A stretch of 64,000 nucleotides of DNA from Balanoglossus misakiensis (taxonomy: Eukaryota > Animalia > Hemichordata). The first letter of the stretch is position 1. Every line of letters starts with the position of its first letter. The notes beneath the pieces were generated by a model. It worked only from the letters and a program-made list of their open reading frames with translations, did not search any database and was not told where the DNA came from. This document shows, piece after piece, positions 25,481-39,408 of the stretch. The position numbers and the translations under genes were made by a program. The stretch lies in assembly GCA_040954595.2 (NCBI GenBank), contig JBECUI020000024.1:496001-560000 (forward strand), read 5' to 3'.

Positions 25481-27939
25481 TTTAAATATTCCACTCTGGA
25501 TCTTCTTTCAGCCCTTCGGAAAACATGAGCATTTATGAAATCCGGCTCTCAATTTTTCGAGAAGTTCCAGCAGTTGTGGTGTCGCCAAAAACGAATGTAT
25601 GCCATTCCTGGCGGAAAAAAATATGCAAGAGACGCTTGCAATACACTGCCATCTACCTGACCGCCCTACATGCCTTAATGTAAGGTAGAAGGTCGGGCGG
25701 TAGGAAGAGTTCACCAAAAGAGGGCGCATTTTATCATCCATTGATTTATACTGTGTACGAGCAGAGAAGCCTCAGTGTTCGCGGTTAGAACCGTATCGGT
25801 AAGACAAAGACAGAAGAGTTGACAGACAACAAACTTATTCAGTTTATATCATATAATTCTTACTGTAAAACGTTCCCTGAATAAAGCCTTGTGCTCATAA
25901 GAACATTGAAGATTGTCGCATACAGACCGACACCCTTTTATCTATTGTAGGTATTGAATAGAACGCTAAATACCTGTGTATTTCTTATTCATTAAGCAAT
26001 GATGTAACACAACAAGTTTCGGACAGTGTGAAGAAAGGGCCAAAGCACTCTTGCAAGTTAGTGTTGTGTACTCTTTTCCAACACTGCTGCAAGCTGTTCA
26101 GCACCTGATGCTGCTTGTATCTCCGATGACAAATGGACAGTCTGTGTGCTGTCAAAGTAAATCCATCAATTTTGCGGAGCTGAAAGGAAAATGACAGCTT
26201 GTCAAACTCAAATCTGCCAGACGAAATAGGGAAAGAAATGCATAACAGGTAATCCACCATAGTATGAATTTTAGCCAGCATCCTATGAAATGCGGTGAAA
26301 CGGAACTGCAATTAATTTTAAATAATTCTGCTCAAATTGTTTTGTTAGTTCTCAACATTGGATTGGAACCGTTAAATATATTGTACCGTATAACATTATC
26401 ATACAGGTTAGTATGTCAAATATTTTTCCATTTGGCATTTTCTTCTTGAGGTCATTTCAACAGTATGCACACCACAGTTTGTGAGATATGGACAGAAACA
26501 AACAGGAATCTATGCAATGTTATAATAGTATATTATTGTTAACAAGAAAGCGGCAACTCTCTGCCTGGCAGAGAATAATGATAGTCTTTTTGAAAAAAAG
26601 GGCGTGCTGAGGATATGGTCAGTCAAAAACATACATGTATAAGGTATGCCTGAACTAATTTTTAACATGGTGTACATAAATATTTATGCATTGTCACAAT
26701 GACTGGAGGTCTTTAAATGACCAAGCTGTATGGACACCTCATTCAATGTTACATATATTTGTTATTACATGTTTATTGAAATTGCCAGTTGTCTGTTTTA
26801 ATTCTGGCAGTTCTGCTGTGTCTTTTGTCTTGCCCTGACAGAATGCAGTAATATTTGCAGTACAAGAGGAGTGTCAGTAAATAGTGGAGCAATATCTTTC
26901 TACGAATGTACTCATGCTTTGCTCCAAAGTGAAGTACATTCGCAAAACCAGTTTGGGAAATCGGGACTCTTTTCAAGATAATACCACATTTTTGTGGATG
27001 TCACATGACATGGAAACACTCTAGAATCACGATTGAGATAAGGTTTCGGTTTGATATACCACTTCCTTGTTATTTCAATCTGTATGTTTTCTTAACCCCC
27101 TCCCTCGAAAAAAGGTAATTGAGGTAATTGTAAAATTACCTGAAAACAAACAGGCTACTCTAGCCTCCATTTTATGAGGTTTGTGATGTAACATATTTTG
27201 AATTTCGTGAATCGATCAAAAGTTTCCGTGCACTAACTATCAAAACTATACCAAAAAATAATTTGGGCAATTCATAAGGAGAATCTAGTGGGTCAGCGGC
27301 TATAGAACTGACGTAAGTGTAAGTATCAGAGGATTGTGGGTACGAGGCTGGGAAGAGCAAAACTCGAACACTCATGAAATCTACACGTGACGCCAAATTC
27401 TTTGTAATATGAACAGTGGAAAACTGCCATGCCATCCCTCTAAGTGCAAACTTCCAAAGATTTCAATCTGGTGATATTTAAAAAAAAATATTTTATTCAA
27501 ATTCATGTGGTGATATTTAAAAAAAAATATTTTATTCAAATTCATGTTATAAATTAAACTTGCATCTATGATATAGAAATGACTCTGTCTTATATAACAA
27601 AAATACAAATAACTTGGTTAGATGACCAAAGATTTCCCATCTCGAAAAGTTTCTACCAAAATGACTAACTCCAAATCTGCTAAGAGAGCCCTAGCAAATT
27701 TAATCACTGCACATTACTCTCGATAAAACGAAATATTGCGCATTCATTTTGTCCTTGAATTGAAATGCATGGCCAGTGTTCATAGACTTCACACACACAG
27801 GATGTTTAAGGAGTTGAATTGTTATTGACAGCGACCAGGTCGGTAGATTCTATAGGATGAAGAAAAAATGAAAAGACAGTCAGTACATAGCTAAATTCTC
27901 CTATACAAGGGCGTCTTCAATTGGTACAGTGACTGACTG

Positions 27940-28000
27940 AATGGATGAATGAATGAATGAATGAATGAATGAATGAATGAATGAATGAATGAATGAATGA
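27940..28000. repeat. (GAAT)n microsatellite
   Basis: Directly visible. Confidence 0.95.
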
Positions 28001-28890
28001 TGAACGGATGAGTCGTAATAATATGCTTCAATCATAGGGGCTTTGAAAATTATTAAAATAAAATAAAAAATAATGTACTCACAACCGACATTTATACAGC
28101 AGACAGCTCAAGAAACTCCTCCATGTGTACAATACTTTGCCAATTTAGTGACAACATCAGCTTGCAGAGCACGTGAGCACCGCTTTCGCCAGCCTGTGGT
28201 GCCCGCATATCTTTTTTGTTCAGCAGTAACATGCACGACACATGCAGAGACACAAACGTCCATGTTGCAAACTGTAGATGAAAGCATCAGCTGCGCTGGT
28301 TTTATGGTCAGCATCACTGGCTGTTACATGAAAACTGTTTGTCACATACCTTAACCAACATATACGTGTATCTGTATGGAAAGAAAGTAGGCTCACCCCC
28401 GGTACAGTATTATTTTTTTTGCATGCACGCAATGGCCTGAATTTGCTAAACTGGGATCATCTGCGCGCATTTCAAAACGTGCTCGTTGCTTAACTTCGCG
28501 TGCTTTACTACTCACAATTATTCCACTTGTGAACGAACACGTCACCCAATTTTACAGTGTAGCCATGTGGAAAACTGGTGACAAGGTAATATTTCATTCG
28601 AAGATCAACCTACGTTCAGAAAGTTTGCATTGTGGTGAATTCTCACTGCTCTCGCAATGCGGTCTGTGGCGCACTGCCGCAGACCGCATTACACGTAGAA
28701 ATAAATTCTGTACGTCACAGTTCGTAGGTCGCATAGGTCATGGAGTTAATCCATTATACATTGCGGCTTACAATTTCTCGTGACCCTCTTATCATGCAGC
28801 TTGTGTGTTACTGACCACTGACGCATGTCAAAACACTCAATATTTTTTTTAAATTTGCAAAATCTTTCATTTTAAAGTTGTGATACTCAC

Positions 28891-29041
28891 TGCAGATAGC
28901 ATTCTTTTCAGTAGGAACTATTTCTGCTGCCATTTCAATATTGTCTGTATTCCATGTAAATATATTTCCTCCAATTGAACAGTCCCCCGCCACAGCTGCA
29001 ACCTCTTCTGCAGTCAGAACTTTTGACCACATGTATGTCAT
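28891..29041 (-). pseudogene. Pentraxin/LamG-like domain C-terminal exon fragment
   Basis: MWSKVLTAEEVAAVAGDCSIGGNIFTWN resembles the pentraxin C-terminal motif (W.rvLs.eEi......C...GnvisW). It ends at a strong donor A|GTGAGT (28890). No intact upstream part is visible. Confidence 0.65.
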
Positions 29042-30499
29042 TTAGTCAAGACAATTTGGGAGAACTGTAGTTTAAAGCCTCCAAAGCTGCCACTTTTTGC
29101 ATTATTTTCATGATTTTATTTTCCAACTTAAATTGGTTCATCAAAATAAGCTTACTGATAGGTATACATAAACATCTTATCGATGCCCGATTGTGACTGC
29201 ATGTTGCAATTGGAACATGCTATGTATTAAAACGGTGCCTCACCGATTTAATCAGCCTTCATACAAACAATAGCAGCTAAGCAGCTATCGTGAAATGCGA
29301 CGCCAAGTGATGACAAACCAATGCAAATGCAAGTAATATGGCTTAATGGTCACGGGTGAAGATTTTAGGGAATAGGGAATATACATATGAAGTATTTTAC
29401 TCTGGAAAAAAATATGCCAATTTTAGCAGCTATAGGGTTTTTAAAGCGCGGGCGAAGTATGAACAGATGCAGTAAATATCGATACATTGTATTTTGGAGG
29501 TTTCTCATAACCATGATTGGTTGGCTAATTATGCGGCGTTTTCTAAATAAAAGGAACAATATTAATTTATTGTTGGGGCTCACCTCCGTTAACATCTTGC
29601 CGTCTCTGCTGAGTTTTGGCCTCTTCCAGCGGCACGTGTTTGTCCTTTAGGGCATGCTGTAAAATATTTAGAATAGCGCTGCCATTTGATCAAAGGATAA
29701 GCTGGCTTCGCGTGTTAGGGATGTGTGTCTGACGACTATGCCTCGAAGCAAAAGACACAGCCGACCCTGCCACGCAGATTCATTTGTTGTGTCACACATT
29801 TTGGATCCAAGAAGAGAATATCAACCTTGACGTTGCGAAAATGACAAGAAACTTTCACTCATATAGGTTGTGTGATTACTTACCCGCAACTTGTTGGGAA
29901 TTGCTGTCACCAGAGGTGCCCACAGCGTGAAAGCCAGAATGACTGCGACGCCTGCATTGGAGTTCGTCATGAATGGAAACATCGATGAACACGTTCGGTC
30001 TTCGATGAGGCTAGTGTCCACAGAATAGGCATTCTTTTATAACGCAGCTGGGAGGTGGTAAATCCATTGTGATCACCATGCTATTAGTAGCCCAAGCAGT
30101 CAAACTTTGCGAAAAATATATAAATATGGAAAAATATATCAATGGGATCAATAGTTATTAAGCACTTTTTAAAAACAAATGACACCGTAAGATCAATTAT
30201 CTTGTTTTCCGCGACAAGTTTCAACATGGTATGTCAGCGCTACCAGTGAATAATATTATTAGAAACTATGACAGCTGTAACCGTGCGATTAATGATTTGA
30301 TCAATTTTAATCATATACTTGTAAATATTTGCGCGGGTGCTGGTTTAATAAACTGTGTTGATATATAGGTGGAAGACTGTTTAGTTTTCCAGTCAATTAT
30401 GTGATGTATTACGCCTGACGCTTAAATGATTTGGTCCAGGGAGAATAACCGCGTTTGGCCGGTCAAGCGAACCCTGGATCTTGCAGGCTCTGCCCACTT

Positions 30500-30711
30500 T
30501 CCAATCAACAACCATTGAGCATGCGCAGTTGATACTTCACATTGTAAACAAGATGGCGTCGCTGTATATGCTTCTGGACCGCTGTCGCCCGACTATGTCG
30601 GCAAAGAAGAGACGAATTTAACCAAGCAACGCCATATCGGAAGATAGAATGATCGCGAGATGAAACCGGGATATCCAACGATTTGGCAGCCATGTTGATT
30701 GATTGGTAAGT
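30500..30711 (+). promoter_or_regulatory. Putative promoter and first exon (right-arm copy)
   Basis: CCAAT at 30501, NRF1-like TGAGCATGCGCA at 30516-30527, YY1-type CAAGATGGCG at 30549-30558, CpG-rich, donor G|GTAAGT at 30706. Confidence 0.55.
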
Positions 30712-33700
30712 CGCCGAAGTAACTATTTGCCATTGATTTGTGTACCAGAAACGGTTTGCCTTTGGAACACATTTGACCTCACCGAAATTGATTTCAGAGT
30801 TTTTTCCCAAGAACTAATGACGTTCGTTTTCACCTTTCTGTCCCGAAGTTGCAAACGTGTTGTCTCTGAGAAAATAAATGTGATTTGTACCCGCGATAAT
30901 CATAGTTCGGATTTCAACCCACAACATCAACGCCAGCCATTCACCAACATGTGCCAGATAATGTTTATCAGTCATATTTTCTCAGTCTGAATTTACAAAA
31001 GACTAATTGTATATTATGCACATTGCAATTTTAATATGTAACACGTTTGACCTGAGTGGGAGAATGGATTGAAGGGACACAAGCTTTTGTAGCCACTTAT
31101 ATTTTGACACTGTTTATATAAATGTTGAGCTGGCATATTTGTTCCCTTATGATGTAGTGTACCTGTTGCATTGAAATGAAGCTGTAATATTAAAGTGCAA
31201 TTTAGTCCTTTGGTTTACTGGGAAAATGAGGTCAATAAATGACAGGTTTATTTAGATATATGATATACTTCTCACAAGCACGTATGCATATGTATGAGAT
31301 ACTTATTTATTTTTAATTTATGTATTTATTTTTAATTTATTTTGTATGTTCAGGTAATCATATGGATTTGTATGGAATCACATACACATTAATTAAAGAC
31401 TATCATATCACAGAAGTCGAGCCTCCACATGTGTAAGGTAACCATTTAGGTTTCATGACTAAGTTTGTTTAAGAATTCATAAAGCACGAATTCTACCTAA
31501 TGAATGAATTTTCTTAGAATTTCACAACTGTGACAGGGTTTGCAGTTATGCGAAAAAGTGTTATTATTCACATACGAAACTTTTCGTATACATTTTTCTG
31601 ATGGCAATGCATTTAACTTTGAACAAATATTGACGTCAGTTAGTAGTGCTATTTTGTCAGTGAAATTGCTTCATCATCATCCCTCCAACCAAAGTTGAAA
31701 CTGAGTTGCAAATATTGCACAGCTTGAAATCATAAAATGTCGCAAAATTGAACCAACCATTCGGTCAACGATTATGTTCTTACAGCTATTATTAGAAGCA
31801 GACAGTCTCAGGGAACAAGATACATGGGCCTGATTTGCAAACTGAGTTGGAACTAACCTTGCCTGCCCATGGATGCGCCAATTCAGTGAATCTTATCGTA
31901 TTAAAAATGAATATGGAGAACTATTCTCTGTGTTGTGATTGTTAGCCTACATGTATACATATGTACCTTGAGTGATTCCACTTTCTTCAGTGTCCTGTGA
32001 ATTCAGTTGCCATAACTTGCGCTTCACACAGCGCATACATGTAGGTCTAATCAATTGGGCAACTGGGTCTTACAATATTATCTGATGCCTCTTACTGGCC
32101 GAAGGACCACAAGTTGCATTTTCACATCGCATATAAATAGAAAACCCATTAATTTCTACTGTATGATTTTATTGACGATTCAATAGTTTCATGACTGTTA
32201 GTGTTAATTACAATACCTAAATTCCCAAATGAAAGCATGCTGTCAGTTTTCATGTGATTGATATTAATTTTACAATTTCAAAATATGCTTAGCTCTGAAT
32301 GATTATGAACATATCAAACTTCATGTTAAATAAACTGTCTTGATATTGTATACATTAAGGCCTACTACCAGTGTCACAACATTGATTTCCTGCATTTTTG
32401 CTCATGCCTTCTGACCAGTCAGTTGCCTCTGTATGTGTGTATGTAGTATGTATGGATGTATGTATGTCTGTCCACATCAAAAACTTGAAAACCCCTTCGC
32501 GTATCCCCTTGATATTTGGTGTGTAGATGTAGGCCAGCCTGTAAATAGGATTTTGTTCATATTAAGAAGGTTGAAGTATTTTCATGATTGGTTTTATTTG
32601 ATTACTCCAGAAACATACAATACAGAGTCTGTGTGGTAAGTCTTGATATTGGGTTTTTAGATGCAGGCACGCCTGTTCAAATGAAATATGCTAATTACCT
32701 GGAGCAATGTGAAATTGATCAAAACTCAGAAACTCAACAACTGGTCAGATTGCTTTGAACATTTGTATGCATGTAGCTTATGTCACGCCTGATATACTTT
32801 CAGCTAATATCGTGAATTGTATCTAGAATTTAGTATGCTATTTCCTATAGGTAATCTTTGTTAGTATTGTTTAAATTGTGGCAAAATTTGTAATTTTTGG
32901 GAAATATAATTTTGTCATTTTTGGTCAAAAATCATTTTCTCTGAAACTCCATGTCAGGTCAGGTTGCATTTAAATTTTGGTTTGCTTGTTCCATGAGGTA
33001 ACCCAAGTAATGTTGTATATCATTTTGGTGAAATTTGCATATTTGTGGTCTTGAGGCAATTTTTGCAATTTGTATTCTTTGAAACCGCATGTCAAATTGC
33101 TTTCAATTTTGGTAGGCATGTTCCTTGTGGTGATTGAAGTGAGATATTGTTGGATTTGTTGATATCTAAATTTTTGTGGTTGAGGCAGTTTTTGTCATTG
33201 TTGAAGAAATGTTGTTTTCACTGAAAATACTCCGATTCCTGTGAAATTGTATTAGGTTACCTGGTAGGTCATATCTGCTTGGCAATGTCACAGCGGTGTA
33301 CACACCTATTTTTGTGTAATCCAAAGTGTGTAATAAGCTAGCAAATATTTACTAGTAAATCATGTATGTTCTACTTCTTACAAGGTTGAAGTATGTTGAT
33401 GTCTGGGTTAAATGGGATTCTTCAGAAACATACAATACAGAGTCTGTGGTACAGTTCATGGTCACATTCAGAATTACCTAGTCTATATCCAGCCGTGTTC
33501 TGTCCGCTTTGCTTCCAAAAGTATCGTCTAGTGTCATGCATGCCGCTTGCCCAATAATCTGACATCCCTTGCTGGGAAATTTGATGTAACAAGTATCCCT
33601 TAGTGAAATTATTAACATAAATTGAACAATGTTGATTTGGCGTAAGATTATAGTGAAGGCAGGGCTTATTACATTGAAAATGCTATCCAGCCTTAATTAC

Positions 33701-34381
33701 ACATTATGAATATCCTTTGTCCAATCATTGGAAAAACAATGTACCGTAGACTTGCATAGCACTTTGAAGGTGAATCGCAAGTGGTCACTTTAATTACATT
33801 ACCTCAAGCAGTCTTTTACATGTAGCTATAATAAGACAAACATTCCCGGTGTAATTAACATCACTGTTGTTATTAGTATCTATCTCCGATAAGTATCAAG
33901 TCTGCCTTATGTTATTTTAAGTCAATTGTCAGGTTCATGTACATATTTTACAACTTATCTATCTTGTCAAAAACTTTCGCATGTACCTAATTCTAGGCTT
34001 ACCAGTAGGGTTATAGATTAACATGCATTAATATGAAACTAAATGTTGATGGTTAATTAAAGACCCCCTTGAGCTATGGTAACCTCATTAAATATGTGCA
34101 TATCTTATTCTAGTGGATGTGGTAACCTGGACATGGACAACTCTGGGGTCAAAATCTTTTGACAAACTTTTGGGTGATCTTGGGTAAACTTTGACCTACA
34201 TTCCTATATCTTGGCATCCGGCACAGATACATCCTTGACACTTGGAGTTATGGAACTATGTAATGGAATATTATGTCTTGCCTCATTAATTATGTACATA
34301 CCTAATGCCAGCCTAACCAATAGGGCTGGAAGTCTGCCTTTTTTTTGACATGATACATTTGAGATCAACATTTTTCTACAG

Positions 34382-34855
34382 CAGCCAGCCTTCTCTTAAA
34401 AAGAATGGACAATATAAAGGCTTTGCTGGTATACTGAACTTTGGACTCCCTCCCTGAGACTGTGTGCCAATGACGGGATAGCCTACTCAGCGTTGGGTAG
34501 ATCCTAAGAAGGCCTCAGCCAGGCATCAGATACAAAAAGCGGAAATCCAAGCTTTAATGGTGGGTTACATCGTTAACTTCCCTGCAGAGCTGATTTCTCA
34601 GACTGTGAGCCAATGACGGGTAAAGCCCCTAGGTAGGGGCCACCTAAGACAGGCCGGTCATGCTTTAGTCACAAAGAAGGGCAAGTTCAGTCATACCATA
34701 ACTTTGTCTGCTGTATATGCTTCATAATGATTGCATGGTATTTTGAAAATACAGTGTCTTAAGGCAGTGTGACCAGCTAAAAAGTACTGGCAAACACAGC
34801 CAATGTGTAATAAAAAACATCTAATTTGGCTGAATAAAAGACATAAAACACAGCA
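34382..34855 (+). ncRNA. Putative terminal exon of a non-coding transcript with twin hairpins (right-arm copy)
   Basis: Acceptor TTTTTCTACAG at 34371-34381, hairpins at 34453-34523 and 34601-34659, AATAAA at about 34809 and 34833. Confidence 0.4.
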
Positions 34856-35934
34856 AAAGCACTGTGACTAGCTGAGACATAATACTCCATTATGCATTTC
34901 CATCACTCCAAGTGTCAAGGTTGCATCTGCTCTGGATGCCAAGATATAGTAATGTTGGTCAAGGTTTACCCAAAGTCACCCAAAGTTCTGTCAAACAATT
35001 TTGACCCCAATGTTGTCCATGTTTAGGTTTCTCCCTCCACTGGATAGCCTACAATTAGATATGCAAATATTTAATGACATTACCATAGATTAAGGCGGTC
35101 CTAAATTAACCATGAAATTATAGTTTCATGTTAATTCTTGTTATTACAAAACACTGTATCTATAACCCTTCTGGAAGCCATACTTTGTTTCATGCTACCC
35201 AATATGTGAAAGTAGGTAAAAAATCAGCCAAGGTTATTTGAAATTTTGCTGAAAAAAATCCGGTCCCTGACATTTGGTAAAGGGGTCAAGACACTTGGCA
35301 ACAAATTGTTGTCCCAGATTAGAACATATTCATAAAAAACTCAGGGAAAGAAGGAAGTTTTTCACAGCTTTGGTGCTTCAAATAGTAGAGAGGTTCCCAA
35401 GTTATTTCAATGAAACCTTAATGTCAACATTACATCGTTAGACTCGAACTCATCTGGCATAAAGCTGCTAGTTAAAGCCCTAAGGGTTGTGCCACTTTTT
35501 CATTATTTTCATCTAAGATTTGTCAATCTAAATAAGCTTACTGCTAGGTATACATCTACATGAACATCTTGTTGACTGACGATTGTGGCTGTAATTTAAA
35601 GAAGTCAGATATTTAACAGGTACCACACCTGTTTAATCTGCCTCTATACAAAGGGTACACATCTATAGTGGTATGCATCACCTAGATATGACAAACATAA
35701 GCACTACAAGTAATATGGCTTTATGGTGGCGATTTTGAAGGATGTGGAGAAGATTTGAAAAACACTCTTGAGGAAAAAGATGTGTTAAATCTTTGAAATG
35801 TGTTTTATTCTTTGGTTCCCATTTCGTATATGTCTATCTACCACTGGGACCAATGTGAAATTGGTGGAAATTGGTCAAATTGCTTTAGAAATTGGTGTGT
35901 ATTCATTTTGAGACCTCATGGATTTTTTTTCATT

Positions 35935-38284
35935 TTTAGCTCACGTGAAAATCACGTGAGCTTATGGTTTAGCGATGTCTGTGTGTGTGTGTGTGTATGT
36001 ATGTATGTGTGTGTGTGTCTGTCTGTATACCCGATATCTAAAGAACCGCTGAACCGATTTCAACCAAATTTAGTACACAGGTTCAGATATCATATGGCAA
36101 GAACTGAAAAGGTTTTGGTGCGTGTGGCTTTGATATTAATGAAGTTATTTAAGTTTTAATTTTTCTATTACATGATTGTCTATGTGAGCTTTCGTTAATG
36201 CCGCATATATGACCAGTGGAAACGATAGTTTGAGGAGATCGACAGTTTGAGGGCGCTGTGAAATGAGACATTCCTGGCGATATTGCCGTGGTTCTGTCCA
36301 TGCTCAGACGCTGTACCCGTCGTTACGAATAACTTCCCTACGTGAATCCACAAGGAAGCTAACGTTGTTTAGTTGCTTCATAGAGCGTAAATTGTTAATC
36401 TACAGGACCGTCAGACGAATACTCTTTTCAAATGAAGTTTGAAACTACTTACGAGTAAGTTAGTGGAGACAATATGGCGGATAGTTGGCGTGCAGCCGAA
36501 TCCGCGTTATGACTATGACGTGACCCATTCATCAAGACAAACCGTAAATGATTCACGCATATTGTGGTCCTCACGCAGTCAATCTCAAAATGTCACCAGG
36601 CTTTCTATTTGTCTATTGTTCAGAGAAAAATAACGTGGCGGTTGATCACACTCAACAGTAAAATCCGTTTTGTGAGTTTATAGACAGTCTGTTATCGCCA
36701 ATACTATATAGCGATTGCTAGATGGCTTACCCAATATGTGATCGAGCGAGAATGATAACATTGAATGTCTGTTCAGATCTCATTCCGTACGTCATACGTC
36801 AACATTTCGATTTCGATTTAATCCATTCATAAAGAATTTAGAGAAAGTCGTCTTGAATTGTGACCCCGACTATCAATTTTACGATGATTTTTTGGCGACG
36901 GAATACACGAGACGCCATTGCATAACTACGTCAGCTGGACTTCCAAGGTTACCATTTTGTGTGTATGGAATCTTATCACAGAGACTACGTACTTTGACAA
37001 TATGCTTGGTATATCAATGACGCCCCAGAAAATTTGTCGAAAAATGAATTTGTCTTCTCATGGTGGTGCAATATATTTTAATGTCTATTTTGAGGTTGAT
37101 TTTGGTTTTTGGCTAACATGTATATCAATGTCAGCTTATAGCATAAGTTGGTGTCCGTCGTCTATGTATGTCTGTATGTGTGCCTCATACAGAATTATGT
37201 ATTTTGCGAATGGATCAGTTTCGTCTAAATGTATTGATGTATGTATGTGTATGTCCATCAACATCAAAAACTTGAAACTACTGATATTTAGTGTGTACAT
37301 AGAAATTGTTATTGCGAAAAAATGCATACTGGTATTAACTGGAAAAATGTTCAAGTAGTCAAAATTGAAAAACTTAATAACAGCGGATCAGATTCAGTTA
37401 AAAATTGGCGTGCATTGGTGTGCAAGTACTATGGGAAGACCTCGTATGATTTTGTTCAGGTGGAGTCAGTATCTGGCGTTTGCTATTTTTTATGAATTTT
37501 GGGGGGAATTTTCTGCAGTTTTGTTAAAAAAATTCTTCTCTGAAATTACATGTCCAATTGATTGGAAACTTGGTATGGAGGTTCATAGGGCTTACCTGAA
37601 TCACATTTGTGCAAACGGTGGTGAAATTTGCAAAAATGCATTTTTGGGCAATATTTCCTGTTTTTGTCAAAAAATCAAATCCCGTGAAACTGTAAGTGCA
37701 ATTGTTTTGATACTTTGTATTTGGGTTTCTAGGGGTGATCTCAGTCAAATATGATCAAATTGTAAAGAAATTTGCATAATTGTATTTTTTGGGAATTCTG
37801 CAGGGTTTGGCCAAATAGTCTTCAGTAAAACCCCAAGTCCAATTGATTGGAAACTTTGAATGGGAAATCATATATGTGATATCAGTCAGATTTGTCTGAA
37901 TTACCTGTTGTTTGCCAAAATGTCTTCCTATTGAAACTTGTTAAAGAGGTTCTTAGGCATGAACAGAAATCAGATTTGTTGAAATCTGGTGAAATATTCA
38001 TACTTTTTGGTATATTTCTTGCCATTTTTGATCAACGAGTTTTAGAATTCCATAGACTTATCTTTTTATGCAGTTCAGGATGGGGTACATGACTCATAAC
38101 CCCTTACAAAAATTGACAAGGCAACAATTCCACAAACATGTTTACATTTCACAATGGTGCAACACACAACCCTTACACCATATACACTATAAACCAAATT
38201 GGTTTAACACTGGTTTTTCTAATCTTGTTATTCTGTCAACCAATCACAGTACTGCACGTGAGCATATTCAGTTAATATCTGGTT
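35935..38284 (+). mobile_element. Non-autonomous Helentron/Helitron2-type element (HINE/DINE-1-like); present only in the right arm
   Basis: 5' TTAGCTCACGTG-AAAAT-CACGTGAGC hairpin followed by a (GT)/(GTAT)/(GTCT) microsatellite; 3' subterminal CACGTGAGC at 38255-38263; inserted in a T-run with no clear TSD. The empty site TTTTCATTTTTGAAGTATA is on the minus strand of the left arm near 17140-17155. Confidence 0.85.
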
Positions 38285-39408
38285 TGAAGTATATTTTTGG
38301 GGTGATTTTGGTCAAATACTCAAAAACCTCTACTCACAGTTCTTTGAAATTTGGTTTGCAGGTTCCTAGGTGTGTTATCACGACATTTTAACAAATCCTA
38401 TGATGGAAGTGTCAATATAGTTTTTGTGGACAATTTTTGCCATTTTTGTTTGATTGCTTTGCAGTTTTTTGTTTTGCAGTTTCCAGGGGATTTTTTTACT
38501 GTGATATATCATAAATGTTCTGAAAATGAAAAAATTGTATTTTGGGGGCATAAAAAAAATTCTCAGAAAGTGCATGGTTGATCACTTTAAAAGTTTAGTT
38601 GTGAGTTAATGATATGTGCTTCTTTAGAATGATAATTGAATCAAATCATAGCTGAATTAGTTTTTTTGTTTATTTTGTTTGATATTTTTTCCTTATACCT
38701 CAAAAATTGTTATTATAAAAGGGAAATTACCATTACATAGTTGTTTGCAATTAAGGAGGACCCCCTCCCCCACTGAAAATCGTATACACCTTGATCTCTC
38801 TATGTCTGTATTCATGTCTGTATGTATGTTTTACAAATGTATGCTCCCAATAAGAGTGAAATGATTTTTTTTATCGTAATACTTCTAAAGTGATTATTTC
38901 CTATGAGATATGCAGTCTTATTACCTAATCGTTTCTGAAATTCTACCTCATGCTGTGTATGAAAAGTCTAATATATGTCATTGTCAAGATCCCCAAAACA
39001 GGCTGATATAGTATCACATAACATTTGATAAAAGTATCCCAAACAGTGTGGCAATTTTGGTATACAGAAAAAAACACTAGAATGACAACAGCTACATGTA
39101 TGTAGGCTAGCAATAGGAACACAGATAACAATTCTCTATATTCATTTTTAAATACGATAAGATTCGCTGAAATTGGCACATCTGTGTGCAGGCAAAGTCA
39201 GTTCCAACTCGGCTTGCAAATCGGACCAATGTCTCTTGTTCGCTGAGACTGTATGGTTCTAGTAATAGCTGTAAGAACTTGATCATTGACCAAACTCTTG
39301 GTTCAATTTTGCAACATTTTATGATTTCAAGCTGTACATATTTAACTCTGTTTCAACTATAGTTGGAGGGATAACATTGGAGCCATTTCACTGACAAAAT
39401 AGCGCTTA

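Noticed and set aside
27469-27546. 39-bp perfect tandem duplication
   Set aside because: Ordinary local slippage duplication with no further structure.
30836-31052. Precise GT-AG intron loss between arms (segment absent from the left arm at about 23900)
   Set aside because: Minus-strand ends are GT...AG, but donor and acceptor contexts are poor. An ACCT microhomology-mediated deletion explains it.
34453-34659. Canonical SECIS, hammerhead ribozyme or H/ACA snoRNA
   Set aside because: No 11-12 bp helix II with an apical AAR at the right distance, no CUGAnGA/GAAA hammerhead core, and H/ACA box spacing is unconvincing.
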